The notes under the pieces: generated by a model
The model's database searches: none
What the model was told of the DNA's origin: nothing
The model's input: only the letters and a program-made list of their open reading frames with translations
Program-made: the position numbers and the translations under genes
Part shown: positions 7,649-16,724 of the stretch, piece by piece
Numbering within the stretch: position 1 is the stretch's first letter
Layout of the letters: every line of letters starts with the position of its first letter
Source of the DNA: Methylococcales bacterium
GTDB taxonomy: Bacteria; Pseudomonadota; Gammaproteobacteria; Methylococcales; UBA1147
Assembly: GCA_041748915.1 (NCBI GenBank)
Contig: JBGTCG010000275.1
Location: forward strand, 1,551 to 65,550
Direction: 5' to 3'
Length of the DNA stretch: 64,000 nucleotides

Positions 7649-9121
7649 ATGGATCGGGTCGGAGCCCAATCCAAATCCGTGCAGTTATCGATCCGCTCCA
7701 AACTTTTCCTGGTATTGTTGCTAGCCACCACGGTGGTGGTGGCCGGAATGTACGGATTCATGTTGTGGTCTCTGGAACAGGGTTTTATGCGCTTCGTGGA
7801 ATCGCGGCAGGAAGACAGAGTCGAGGCGCTGGTGGAGCGGTTCGGTGAGCACTATCGCCGCAATGGAGGCTGGACCAGACTGCGCGGCGACCGGCGCGTC
7901 TGGCTACAAATTCTACTGGAGGACCGCTCGGAGCGAGGATTCAGGCATAAGCGCTGGATGCGCAAAGCTCTTCGAGGTTCCGGCAGCGATTGGCCGCCCC
8001 GTCCCCCGAACCCGGAGGAGGCCGGGCATTATGTACCGTTGCCGTTCCGGGTGATGCTTTTGGCTGCCGACAAATCCCTGATTTTCGGCCGGCCGGATCG
8101 TTTAAGTCTGCTTTCGCTCAGATCCATCGAAGCCGACGGTGAAACCGTAGGCTACCTCGGAATATTGCCCGGTCCCGCGCTGAATGAATTGGGTGAAATC
8201 CGGTTCCTGGAGCAGCAAGGAAAATCGTTTGTGATCATCGCCGCGCTGATGGTGCTTTTTGCGGCCGCGCTCGCGCTTCCGCTGGCGTATACGCTGGTCA
8301 GGCCCTTGGCGCGCATCGCCGCGGCTTCCAAATCGCTCGCGCTTGGCCAGTACGGTGTGCGGGTCCCGGTTCATGCCGGCGACGAACTCGGACGTCTGGC
8401 CCGCGACTTCAACGAGCTCGCGCAGACCCTGGAGAAGACCGAACGGAACCGGCGTCAATGGGTTGCCGACATCTCCCACGAGCTCCGAACGCCCCTGTCA
8501 GTATTGCGCGGGGAGCTGGAGGCGCTGCAGGACGGAATCCGCCCGCTGGAACAGCCCGCGATCGATTCGCTTTATGCCGATGTGATACGGCTCGGCCGCC
8601 TTGTGGACGATCTCCGTCAACTGTCGATGGCCGACCTCGGGGCGTTGAGCTATCGCAAGGAATCGATCGATCCGGTGGCAATTCTGAACAATGATCTGGT
8701 TTCATTAGGCGCGGAATTCCACCGTCAAGCCATTACTGTACATCTGGATAACCGGCTCGATCGTTCCGTGACCCTGTATGGAGACCTCGACCGCCTGTCG
8801 CAACTGTTTCGTAACCTGCTGAACAATACCGTACGCTATACGGACTCCGCGGGAAGACTGGAAATTTCTGTCGAGCGGCAGGCCCGGAACCTGGTGCTGG
8901 ATTTTCTGGACAGTGCGCCGGGTGTTCCGGAATCCGAATTGCCGTTTCTGTTTGATCGTTTTTACCGGGTAGAAGTCTCCAGAAGCCGCGATTTGGGCGG
9001 CGCGGGACTGGGTCTGGCGCTGTGCCGTAAAATCGTCGAGGCGCATAATGGAACTATCAGTGCCCGACCTTCGCGATTCGGCGGGCTCGGGATCCGCGTC
9101 GAACTGCCTCTGGAATCATGA
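7649..9121 (+). CDS. baeS: Two-component sensor histidine kinase, BaeS-like
   Basis: The architecture is two TM segments, a HAMP domain, an H-box WVADISHELRTPLSVLRGELEALQDGIRP, and an HATPase region (DSAPGV...GGAGLGLALCR). It overlaps the downstream regulator gene by ATGA. Confidence 0.8.
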   Translation: MDRVGAQSKSVQLSIRSKLFLVLLLATTVVVAGMYGFMLWSLEQGFMRFVESRQEDRVEALVERFGEHYRRNGGWTRLRGDRRVWLQILLEDRSERGFRHKRWMRKALRGSGSDWPPRPPNPEEAGHYVPLPFRVMLLAADKSLIFGRPDRLSLLSLRSIEADGETVGYLGILPGPALNELGEIRFLEQQGKSFVIIAALMVLFAAALALPLAYTLVRPLARIAAASKSLALGQYGVRVPVHAGDELGRLARDFNELAQTLEKTERNRRQWVADISHELRTPLSVLRGELEALQDGIRPLEQPAIDSLYADVIRLGRLVDDLRQLSMADLGALSYRKESIDPVAILNNDLVSLGAEFHRQAITVHLDNRLDRSVTLYGDLDRLSQLFRNLLNNTVRYTDSAGRLEISVERQARNLVLDFLDSAPGVPESELPFLFDRFYRVEVSRSRDLGGAGLGLALCRKIVEAHNGTISARPSRFGGLGIRVELPLES

Positions 9122-9822
9122 TCGCGCCGTTCCGAGACAACCTGATCCTGGTGGTGGAAGATGAGGTCAAACTGGCCCGCGTCATGGAAGACTATCTGAC
9201 CAGCGCCGGTTACCGATCTTTTCGGCTCGCCGATGGATTGGCCGTCGCCGGATGGGTTCGCGCCAACGCGCCGGATCTGATACTGCTCGACATCCTGCTG
9301 CCCGGCCGCGACGGTTTGGAAATCTGCCGGGAGATCCGCACGTTCAGCCGGGTTCCCATCATCATGGTGACGGCTCGGATTGAGGAAATCGACCGGTTGT
9401 TGGGACTCGAGCTGGGCGCGGACGATTATATCTGCAAGCCCTTCAGTCCGCGTGAAGTGGTCGCCCGGGTGAAGGCGGTATTGCGGCGGTTTCGACCGGA
9501 AATGCCCGCAGTCATCCCAAAGCTGCTGGAGCTGAACCCGCTCAGTTTCCGGGTGCGCGCGAATGACCTCGAGGTGGAACTCACCGCCGTGGAGTTCCAT
9601 TTGTTCGAGACCTTGTATCGGGAGCCGGGGCGCATTTTTTCCCGCGACGACCTCATGAACAGGATTTACAATGATCACCGTGTCGTTTCCGACCGCACCA
9701 TCGACAGCCACGTCAAGAAACTGCGCAAGAAACTGGCCTGGCTGCTTCCGGGTCGTGAATTGATCCATTCGGTTTATGGCGCCGGCTATCGTTACGAGCC
9801 TGATCGGGTGGATGAAAATTGA
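9118..9822 (+). CDS. baeR: OmpR-family response regulator, BaeR-like
   Basis: Receiver plus winged-helix domains. The long stretch PDLILLDILLPGRDGLEICREIRTFSRVPIIMVTARIEEIDRLLGLELGADDYICKPFSPREVVARVKAVLRR closely matches my memory of E. coli BaeR. Confidence 0.85.
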   Translation: MIAPFRDNLILVVEDEVKLARVMEDYLTSAGYRSFRLADGLAVAGWVRANAPDLILLDILLPGRDGLEICREIRTFSRVPIIMVTARIEEIDRLLGLELGADDYICKPFSPREVVARVKAVLRRFRPEMPAVIPKLLELNPLSFRVRANDLEVELTAVEFHLFETLYREPGRIFSRDDLMNRIYNDHRVVSDRTIDSHVKKLRKKLAWLLPGRELIHSVYGAGYRYEPDRVDEN

Positions 9823-9990
9823 CGAAACAGCGAGAATCCGGCGGGTATCCTGAAACTTCCACATTTATCGATTTAATCTTCCGCATTGTTTGCATCATTG
9901 CTCCCAATTGCTTCCATGATTGGAGGCTATCGTATTCACCCAAGGAACGGTATAAACCTTCCGGATATGACATTCATGAACCAAGAGGTG

Positions 9991-10320
9991 ATGACGATGA
10001 AAATACGGCTTGCAGTTTTTGTGCTGGTGCTCGGCGTTCCGCTGATTGCTCTGGCAGTTCCTGGGGAAAAGAGCGGGGAAGGTTGGCGCCATGGACCGAA
10101 TATCGAGCGCTTGGCCACGGAGTTGAATTTAAGCGATGAGCAGAAAAGCCGGTTGGAAACCATTTTCAAAGAACAGAAAGCAAAACATAGAGCCTTACGG
10201 GAGGAAGGGCACGCCCGGATGAAGGAGGTTTTGAACGACGAGCAATTGAAAAAATGGGACGAAATGCGCGAACTCCGCCACCAGCGCTGGAAGAATAAGA
10301 AACACTGCGTTGAGGAATAG
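9991..10320 (+). CDS. Spy/CpxP-family periplasmic protein (LTxxQ-type motifs)
   Basis: Signal peptide MTMKIRLAVFVLVLGVPLIALA. The protein is helical and charged, with the motifs LNLSDEQ and LNDEQ. An AAGAGG ribosome-binding site precedes ATG 9991. The gene lies directly downstream of baeSR. Confidence 0.7.
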   Translation: MTMKIRLAVFVLVLGVPLIALAVPGEKSGEGWRHGPNIERLATELNLSDEQKSRLETIFKEQKAKHRALREEGHARMKEVLNDEQLKKWDEMRELRHQRWKNKKHCVEE

Positions 10321-10431
10321 GGAGACGGCGCCGCGCTCCACGGACGGAGTGCGAAAGCCGCTTCGATTCAAATCGCGCGGGATCCCCTCAACCTGCGCGG
10401 ATCGCAGCCAGGAAATGTTTCCGTTCTGATC

Positions 10432-10470
10432 GGGAAACGCTGAATATATCCATCCCGGATTTCTCAGCGG
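10432..10470 (+). repeat. Intergenic repeat module B
   Basis: GGGAAACGCTGAATATATCCATCCCGGATTTCTCAGCGG, located between the convergent 3' ends of the spy-like gene and the multicopper oxidase gene. Confidence 0.8.
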
Positions 10471-10483
10471 CCGGCATGAATAT

Positions 10484-12238
10484 TCAAGGTCCTGGCAACA
10501 GCTTCCTGCGTTGCAACGCGTTAACACCGAAATAGATGGCAAATCCGATTGCAATGCCGGTCAGCAGGCGTATTATCAGCGAACCATCTTCCTGATTGCC
10601 TGGCGATGGATTGGGCACGGGGCTCTCGGCCGGCGCCAAGCCCAAACGCTTTTCCGCATTGGCGATCCCGGTATCCGCAGCGACCGCGACGGGTTGGGGA
10701 ATCAGCCCCTGGGGCATACCCAATGAGTTATTCGTGTCCCAGTCCTGCCAGACCGGGAACCGGCGTTGCCAGAATTCCTTGGTGAAAAACGGCGCCAGAT
10801 CGCGGCCATGCAATGTCACCGACCCATCCGGTTGCATATAATCTTTGTACACCACCAGACTTAGGCTGCCGCCTTCCCCCATGCCGTCCGTGGTGAACGC
10901 TTTTTCCGTATGATCGTGGAACATCCAGACGCCGGCTCCGAAACTGTGCAATCCGTCGTCCACAGTGTCGATCTCCAAATCCAGTCGCTGGGCCGGAGAC
11001 ATCGCATGCACGTCACGCGTAATTCTTCCGGGGGCGCCGTTATCGACGCCGTCATAATGTGTGGCCGTTGGCTTATGGCCATGTATATGCAGCGCAAGCG
11101 GTTCGGTATGGCCGTTCAGAATCCGCAATTTGATTTTCTGATTTTTCTCGGCAACGATTAAGGACTCGCGCAAGGTATAAGGGAAGGCCCGGCCGTTGAG
11201 CATGAAATAGTCATCGTCTGCATCTGTGGAATCATACTCCTGATTGATTGCCCAGCTGATCAGGCGGGGATCGTTATATTTTTGAATCAACCGATGCAAT
11301 TCCTTGTCGGCCGACTGGTAGTGCATATCGTATTCGCGAACATATTGTTCCCGCACCGCAACCGATGGATGGCGGACTTGTCCGGCGCCGATATTGAATG
11401 TCTGAACCCAGTTGTTCGGACGGTTTTCTTCGACGACCAGCAATCCCTGAAGCCCCATCGGGATGTGAACCTGGGGCTGGACGTGGCAGTGATAATACAT
11501 CGATCCTGCTTGTCTGGGCTTGAAGGTATAGGTCTTCGTCTCTCCAGGCATCACATCCATTGCGCTGGTCTGACCGGTGCCGTCATTGCCGACGCCGCCG
11601 TGGTCCATGTACGGATGATCGACTCCGTGAAGGTGAATCGAATGCGGCATGTAATGGCTGTTCTCGAGAATCAGGTGCACGGTGTCCCCTTGTTCGACCC
11701 GGATTACCGGCGATGGAACGCGCAAGGTGGGATTGGCTTGAATGCTTGCGAAGCCGTTGGTTGACATATCCCGGGTCTTCGGCGCGAATACCCAGAAGCC
11801 GGGTTGAACCCCCGGCGCGATGTCGTAAGTCGGCACGAGCCCGGCGAAATCGGGTGAGCGGCCATTGAGTTCCATGATTTCCAACCGAATCGTGATGTTA
11901 TCGGCATCGCCGTCCCCATCGACATCATCCTTTTTTATAATCGCATCAGTACTGATGTTGGTATCCATCAGGGTATCCATCGAAATATTATTGGTACCCT
12001 TTACGAAAAGCGCAACCTCGGCCGGATTGTCGGGAGAACAGACTGGCGACTCCTGGATGTCGATCCCTTCGATCACCTGAGCCTTGCGCCACTCGCCCAG
12101 GGTTACTTGATTGCAAAAAGGTTCAGGTTTACCCAATATTATGCGTTCCGAGTCAGGCAGTCCTGTAGCCGCTTCAACGACCGGCAACAGGATAAAAAGT
12201 AATATCAAACAACAGCGATGGACGGAGATATAGGGCAT
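10484..12238 (-). CDS. Multicopper oxidase with the T1 site in the first cupredoxin domain, an Asp-rich N-terminal extension and a C-terminal TM anchor
   Basis: Copper motifs occur in the order HSIHLHG, YYHCHVQPQVHIPMGL, LHIHGHK, WMFHDH. The start at ATG 12238 (MPYISVHRCCLILLFILLPVVEA, a signal peptide) is preceded by GAGGGA. The C-terminus LIIRLLTGIAIGFAIYFGVNAL is hydrophobic. Confidence 0.8.
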   Translation of the reverse strand: MPYISVHRCCLILLFILLPVVEAATGLPDSERIILGKPEPFCNQVTLGEWRKAQVIEGIDIQESPVCSPDNPAEVALFVKGTNNISMDTLMDTNISTDAIIKKDDVDGDGDADNITIRLEIMELNGRSPDFAGLVPTYDIAPGVQPGFWVFAPKTRDMSTNGFASIQANPTLRVPSPVIRVEQGDTVHLILENSHYMPHSIHLHGVDHPYMDHGGVGNDGTGQTSAMDVMPGETKTYTFKPRQAGSMYYHCHVQPQVHIPMGLQGLLVVEENRPNNWVQTFNIGAGQVRHPSVAVREQYVREYDMHYQSADKELHRLIQKYNDPRLISWAINQEYDSTDADDDYFMLNGRAFPYTLRESLIVAEKNQKIKLRILNGHTEPLALHIHGHKPTATHYDGVDNGAPGRITRDVHAMSPAQRLDLEIDTVDDGLHSFGAGVWMFHDHTEKAFTTDGMGEGGSLSLVVYKDYMQPDGSVTLHGRDLAPFFTKEFWQRRFPVWQDWDTNNSLGMPQGLIPQPVAVAADTGIANAEKRLGLAPAESPVPNPSPGNQEDGSLIIRLLTGIAIGFAIYFGVNALQRRKLLPGP

Positions 12239-12728
12239 GGAATTCCCTCGGGTAAGAAATGGAAAGAATAGAATCAGCGGCGCGCGCAAATTGGTCTAAG
12301 TCCTCATGAAAAGTTCCCCGGACCGGAGCACTCCGGTCAAGGAATTTCAGGTCACGAATGCCGAATCGAACCCGGAAGGCTGCCGCGAAATTTTTCGGTT
12401 GCGGCCCTGCCGCCGCGGACCCCGGTAGCGACATTAGCGCTTGCCTCAAGGAGACCAATGGATTGGGCTTTTTTAACGCCTTTGACGTTATTATACCCGT
12501 GTTGAACCGCACGCGCACTCGGGTGAGGGCAACGAAATTCAAAAGCCGTTTGGCACAACTCGAAAAGAATAATATACTGCCTCAACTTCGAACTCCCGAA
12601 CGTCCGCTGATCGCACATCCAACTTCGATGCCGGGGTGTTCGAAGAGTTGCTGGACGGTAAATGTAATCGACCTTCAATTTTGTGATCGATAAACCGGGC
12701 TTTCAAGATTGTCCAAGGAGATCGAATA

Positions 12729-13097
12729 ATGACGCGGCGGATTACCTTTCTGGCGACCATCCTTTTTCTGACTCTCGCCGTCAGTTCTACCGATATTCAT
12801 GCGGTGAAAGGCGTATTGACTGGCCAGGTCGTCAAGACCCTGGTGGCGGCGAATGCCTTTGGCCAGTGCATGGCATTACTGGATCGAGAAATCAGTACCG
12901 CCAGCAATGCCCCGAACTGTCCGGGTGGATGGGTCACCTTCAGTTGTAGCGGTGTTTTCGCGTCGAAGGATATTGCCTATCGCATGTTGGATCAGGCGCA
13001 GTTGGCAAAAGCGTTGGGACGCCCGGTCGTTATCGTAGTTGACGATACCAAGAAACACAACGGAGTTTGCTTTGCGAATCGAATCGAAGTGGAGTAA
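12729..13097 (+). CDS. Small secreted hypothetical protein (122 aa, 4 Cys)
   Basis: An AAGGAG ribosome-binding site lies 8 nt upstream. Signal peptide MTRRITFLATILFLTLAVSSTDIHA. No homology was recognised. Confidence 0.5.
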   Translation: MTRRITFLATILFLTLAVSSTDIHAVKGVLTGQVVKTLVAANAFGQCMALLDREISTASNAPNCPGGWVTFSCSGVFASKDIAYRMLDQAQLAKALGRPVVIVVDDTKKHNGVCFANRIEVE

Positions 13098-13129
13098 CGG
13101 GGTATCAATCAAATCGTGATTGCTCCCAA

Positions 13130-13168
13130 GGGAAACGCTGAATAAATCCATCCTGGATTTCTCAGCGC
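13130..13168 (+). repeat. Intergenic repeat module B (part of the composite B-palindrome-A-B' locus)
   Basis: GGGAAACGCTGAATAAATCCATCCTGGATTTCTCAGCGC. Confidence 0.85.
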
Positions 13169-13170
13169 TC

Positions 13171-13203
13171 GGCAACCCTGCCAATGCGATTGGCAGGGTT
13201 GCC
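13171..13203. repeat. Perfect 15-bp palindromic hairpin with a 3-nt loop
   Basis: GGCAACCCTGCCAAT-GCG-ATTGGCAGGGTTGCC. The arms are exact reverse complements. It sits between modules B and A. Confidence 0.9.
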
Positions 13204-13281
13204 TCACAAAATCAGACGCTTACGGCGTCCGATTTTGGCATTGCATCCCCGCACTGCGGGAAGCTCTGAATTAATCAGCGC
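13204..13281 (-). repeat. Intergenic repeat module A, full-length copy
   Basis: The reverse complement GCGCTGATTAATTCAGAGCTTCCCGCAGTGCGGGGATGCAATGCCAAAATCGGACGCCGTAAGCGTCTGATTTTGTGAGGCA aligns with the copies at 30348 and 37951 at roughly 75-80% identity by eye. Confidence 0.8.
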
Positions 13282-13285
13282 TTCC

Positions 13286-13318
13286 CAAGGAAACGGGTTT
13301 GCAATAAATCATCCCGGC
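13286..13318 (+). repeat. Degenerate second copy of module B (B')
   Basis: CAAGGAAACGGGTTTGCAATAAATCATCCCGGC compared with CAAGGGAAACGCTGAATAAATCCATCCTGG. Confidence 0.55.
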
Positions 13319-13426
13319 AGTAACGCGAACTGCGGTTAATCTCTGAAATGATCAGGACGCAGGCATGGCATCTCTTCGGTCTCTGGATCACGGTATCGGC
13401 CGGGATAGCCGATTTCGAACGAAGCC

Positions 13427-13927
13427 TCAGTTTTCGGAATCGGTCAACGGATCGTCATCTGGATCGATGAATTCGCCAAGATGCCGGATCTCGTCGGGAT
13501 TTTCATCGGGCAATGAAATCGCGGTGTAGTTATCCGGATCCATGTATTCGCCAAAATGTTGAATTTCATCGGGAGTTCCGCCCGATAATTCAACTGATCC
13601 GCCCGGATCGATCGTTCCCTCCAAAGATTCCACGGTGCGGTCCCCGCTAACGGATAACGGCAGTTCCCGCACGCTTCCATTCGATCCTGAATTTCCGGCT
13701 GGTTCCTGATTGCGGGTCGGCAATCGTAGGGTGGGTCGGCTCGTCCTTGAACCGTTACCCGTAGTGATTTGATCCTGTTCTTGAATCTTCGGATCGAGAT
13801 CAGATTGCGGCGGTGTCCTGTCGGCAGGGTCATTTTCGCCTGGGCTCCAGACCCAAAGGAAAGCCGTAAAAATGCCGAGCGCTACTGCCAAACCGATCGT
13901 TCGGCGATTTCTGGAAAATATTGTCAT
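13427..13927 (-). CDS. Membrane-anchored acidic hypothetical protein with an internal repeat
   Basis: N-terminal TM segment IGLAVALGIFTAFLWVW. The C-terminal repeat PDEI(Q/R)H(F/L)GE(Y/F)(M/I)DPD occurs twice. It lies downstream of lptG on the same strand. Confidence 0.5.
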   Translation of the reverse strand: MTIFSRNRRTIGLAVALGIFTAFLWVWSPGENDPADRTPPQSDLDPKIQEQDQITTGNGSRTSRPTLRLPTRNQEPAGNSGSNGSVRELPLSVSGDRTVESLEGTIDPGGSVELSGGTPDEIQHFGEYMDPDNYTAISLPDENPDEIRHLGEFIDPDDDPLTDSEN

Positions 13928-14005
13928 CGGAAGTACGGTGTCCTCGTTGCGCAGATGCGAAGAACTTCGAGCCCCGGTTTGATCGGGACAGCAACCAATC
14001 GAACC

Positions 14006-15076
14006 CTACATCGTTCGTTTGATCATGAACAGTGAAACCATCAGGAATAATGACCCGGGTAACATGGCCGCGATCATCGGTTCGCTGCTGTAGATCAAAC
14101 CTAGATGCCCCACCAATCGATCAATCATAACGAATACCAGGCCAACCACGATTCCGACCATCATCCTTCGACCCATGGTTACCGACCGGCTTATATTGAT
14201 TACAAAGGGCACCGCGACCATCAGCATCACCAGAGTTACGAAAGGATCGATCACGCGTTGCCAGAATGCCAGTTCAAACTTGTGTGACTGCTGGCCATTT
14301 CCCTTCAGAAACCGGATATAACGGTGCAACCCCAGAATGGATAAATTGCCGGTGTTCACGATCACGACGCTTAAAAAATCCGGATTGATTGCCGATTCCC
14401 AAGTACTCTGCTCAGCGTTACCGACCGACACCAGGTTTTCATCGAATCGGGTGGTGAAAACTGTATTTAACAACCAGCGCTTTTCCGTATCGAGATAACT
14501 GGCGGTCTCGGCATGCCGGATCGATTCCAGACCCTTTTCGAAATCCAGGTTATAAATCGTAATATCGGCGAGCCGGGTTCGATCCTCGATTTGCCGGATA
14601 TTGATGAATGAACCGCCGTCCCGTGTCCAGAATCCATAGATTGACCAAAAAGCTACGCGGTTATCCTTGGTCGTCGACTTGAATTCGCGCGCGATCCGAT
14701 TAGTGGCTGGAGCAATCAGTTCGCCAATGATAATCGATATCAGCGCCAGCATGATGCCTACCCGAATCATCGCCCAGACGATTCGGGCCACGGATACCCC
14801 GGCGCATCGCATCGCGATAATTTCACGGTTGTTCGCCATCAAACCCAGCGCAAATATGGCGCCGATAAGAACCGCCGAGGGAAATAGATCATACAGGACG
14901 CTGGGTGAAGTCAGGCCAACATACTTGACGACTGCCCAAAAATCGTACCCGCCCTGACCGATCGAACGAAGTTCGTCGGCAAAGGTGAAGAACTCGACGA
15001 CCGTGACCAAAACAATAAGCGAAACTATAGTTCCCTTAAAAACTTCGGTGGCAATATATTTGTTTAGAGTGTTCAC
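14006..15076 (-). CDS. lptG: LPS export ABC transporter permease LptG
   Basis: Polytopic permease of about 356 aa with the YjgP/YjgQ family look, located directly after lptF. The start was chosen at in-frame GTG 15076 (VNTLNKYIATEVFKG); the start is uncertain. Confidence 0.85.
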   Translation of the reverse strand: MNTLNKYIATEVFKGTIVSLIVLVTVVEFFTFADELRSIGQGGYDFWAVVKYVGLTSPSVLYDLFPSAVLIGAIFALGLMANNREIIAMRCAGVSVARIVWAMIRVGIMLALISIIIGELIAPATNRIAREFKSTTKDNRVAFWSIYGFWTRDGGSFINIRQIEDRTRLADITIYNLDFEKGLESIRHAETASYLDTEKRWLLNTVFTTRFDENLVSVGNAEQSTWESAINPDFLSVVIVNTGNLSILGLHRYIRFLKGNGQQSHKFELAFWQRVIDPFVTLVMLMVAVPFVINISRSVTMGRRMMVGIVVGLVFVMIDRLVGHLGLIYSSEPMIAAMLPGSLFLMVSLFMIKRTM

Positions 15077-15131
15077 GATCGCGCCAGGCCCGCATTGAAA
15101 AGTCTTTCGAAAAATTCCGCCAGCGGCTTGC

Positions 15132-16307
15132 TCATGGAGCCGAACCGGAAGCACGTCTGAATGTTGCGAGCCGGCGCGATTTGCCGGTCAGCACCATCAC
15201 GCACCACCGCAAGCCGAGATTCCGGATCGTCAGGCCCAAACCAACTCCAAGCATCGCCGCATAAACCCACCAGTATCCGACCTGAAGCGGCACGGCGCCA
15301 TTGGTCAACCAACTTTGCGCGATACTCTGCAGATTCTTGTATAGAAGATAAACCAGAAACGCCAGTAGAATATTTCCGTAAACGCCGGTTCTTGGAGCCG
15401 CTGACGATAACGGTACTGCAAGCATTGCAAGCACGATCATGCCCAGCGGAATCGACAAGCGTTTGTGCAATTCCGTTATCTTCTGCGGATCCACGTTATC
15501 GAAGAGCTCCGCGGTCGGCATGGCTTCTCGGGTCAGCTCCAGCAATTGGTTGCTCGGCGCCCCGATCGCAACCGCATATTCCTCGAATTCCGTAATTTCA
15601 TAATCCGCCATAGCGTGTTTACCCCGGTAGCGCTGGCCGTCGATCAGGACAATGAACCGCACCCCGTCAATGATCCGGATCAAACCGCGCCGCGACAGGA
15701 TGATACTCAGCTGATTTTCCTTGCGTTCCTGAACAAAGATATTCGTCATCTGGCTATCCGACGAAATCTTCTCCGCATAGAACACGATATCACCGCGACT
15801 GTATTCATTGAATCGGCCCTCGACCAGCAAGCGGGCGTCGGCATTCTCTTTTTCATAGAGCAAAACAATCGCGGTCTGCTTCATCGCCCAGGGATTCAAT
15901 TCAAAGGACAATCCGCTCGCAATCAACGCCAGGGGCACGACGGGCAAAAGAATATACCGGGTCAGTCGCAGCAACCCGATTCCACCCGAACCGAGCGCCG
16001 ACATTTCATTATCCCGGTACATCCTGCCGAGTACAATCAGCGCCGCCGCGAATAATGCGGAAGGCATCAATTGCACGGCCACGGAGACCAATTTGAAACC
16101 GAACAGCAGAAAAATGGTTTCATTAGAAATTTCGCCATCGAATGCCTGGTTCAGGAGCTGAGCAAATTGCTTGCTCATCAAAATCAGTAACAGAACCGTG
16201 AGGACGGCCAGAAACGTTCTCGCCAGATCGAACGATATCAAACGCGCCACGACGGAAAAGATCGCAGAAGACCGCTCCGGTATCGTGTCGGCAGGGTAAG
16301 TCGTCAT
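15132..16307 (-). CDS. lptF: LPS export ABC transporter permease LptF
   Basis: Polytopic YjgP/YjgQ-type permease paired with lptG. The start is uncertain (ATG 16307 or GTG 16250). Confidence 0.85.
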   Translation of the reverse strand: MTTYPADTIPERSSAIFSVVARLISFDLARTFLAVLTVLLLILMSKQFAQLLNQAFDGEISNETIFLLFGFKLVSVAVQLMPSALFAAALIVLGRMYRDNEMSALGSGGIGLLRLTRYILLPVVPLALIASGLSFELNPWAMKQTAIVLLYEKENADARLLVEGRFNEYSRGDIVFYAEKISSDSQMTNIFVQERKENQLSIILSRRGLIRIIDGVRFIVLIDGQRYRGKHAMADYEITEFEEYAVAIGAPSNQLLELTREAMPTAELFDNVDPQKITELHKRLSIPLGMIVLAMLAVPLSSAAPRTGVYGNILLAFLVYLLYKNLQSIAQSWLTNGAVPLQVGYWWVYAAMLGVGLGLTIRNLGLRWCVMVLTGKSRRLATFRRASGSAP

Positions 16308-16724
16308 GTTAGAAGATTCGTATCTTGCAGTCCTAAAATCGAAGGTCGGCCAACAGCGGCCGGGCGCGTATTAGTACCCGCGGTTGTCGATGTTCAGAGT
16401 TCGGCAATGAACAATCGGCTCAGCTTTTGTATGGCGATCGACAATTTATCCTTACTATTTCGGGTTTCGGCGTGATGCAATTGCAGGTCGGCTTTACGTC
16501 CGGTGGATGGCTCCGGTCAACAACAACCTTGACGCAATAGCGAAGGTTGCAGCAGAATGAAAGCGCCAATTCGGATCCCGGCCGAGAGTTTATAGCGGCG
16601 GTGTTTTTCGATCGTCAGTCTCTATGTGAGTGTAAGAGGCGGGGGAAGATCCGGAGTTCAGCCATTTTTCCATTTATTCTTCACAATAACAAATAAAGCG
16701 GGACAACCGCGATTCGGGGGACTC

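Noticed and set aside
16626-16724. The N-terminal extension of the vWA ORF as listed in the ORF track (MSVRGGGRSGVQPFFHLFF...).
   Set aside because: The internal ATG at 16725 is preceded by a GGGGGA Shine-Dalgarno-like run, and it places the MIDAS beta-strand about 10 residues from the N-terminus as in other vWA proteins. The extension has no coding character.
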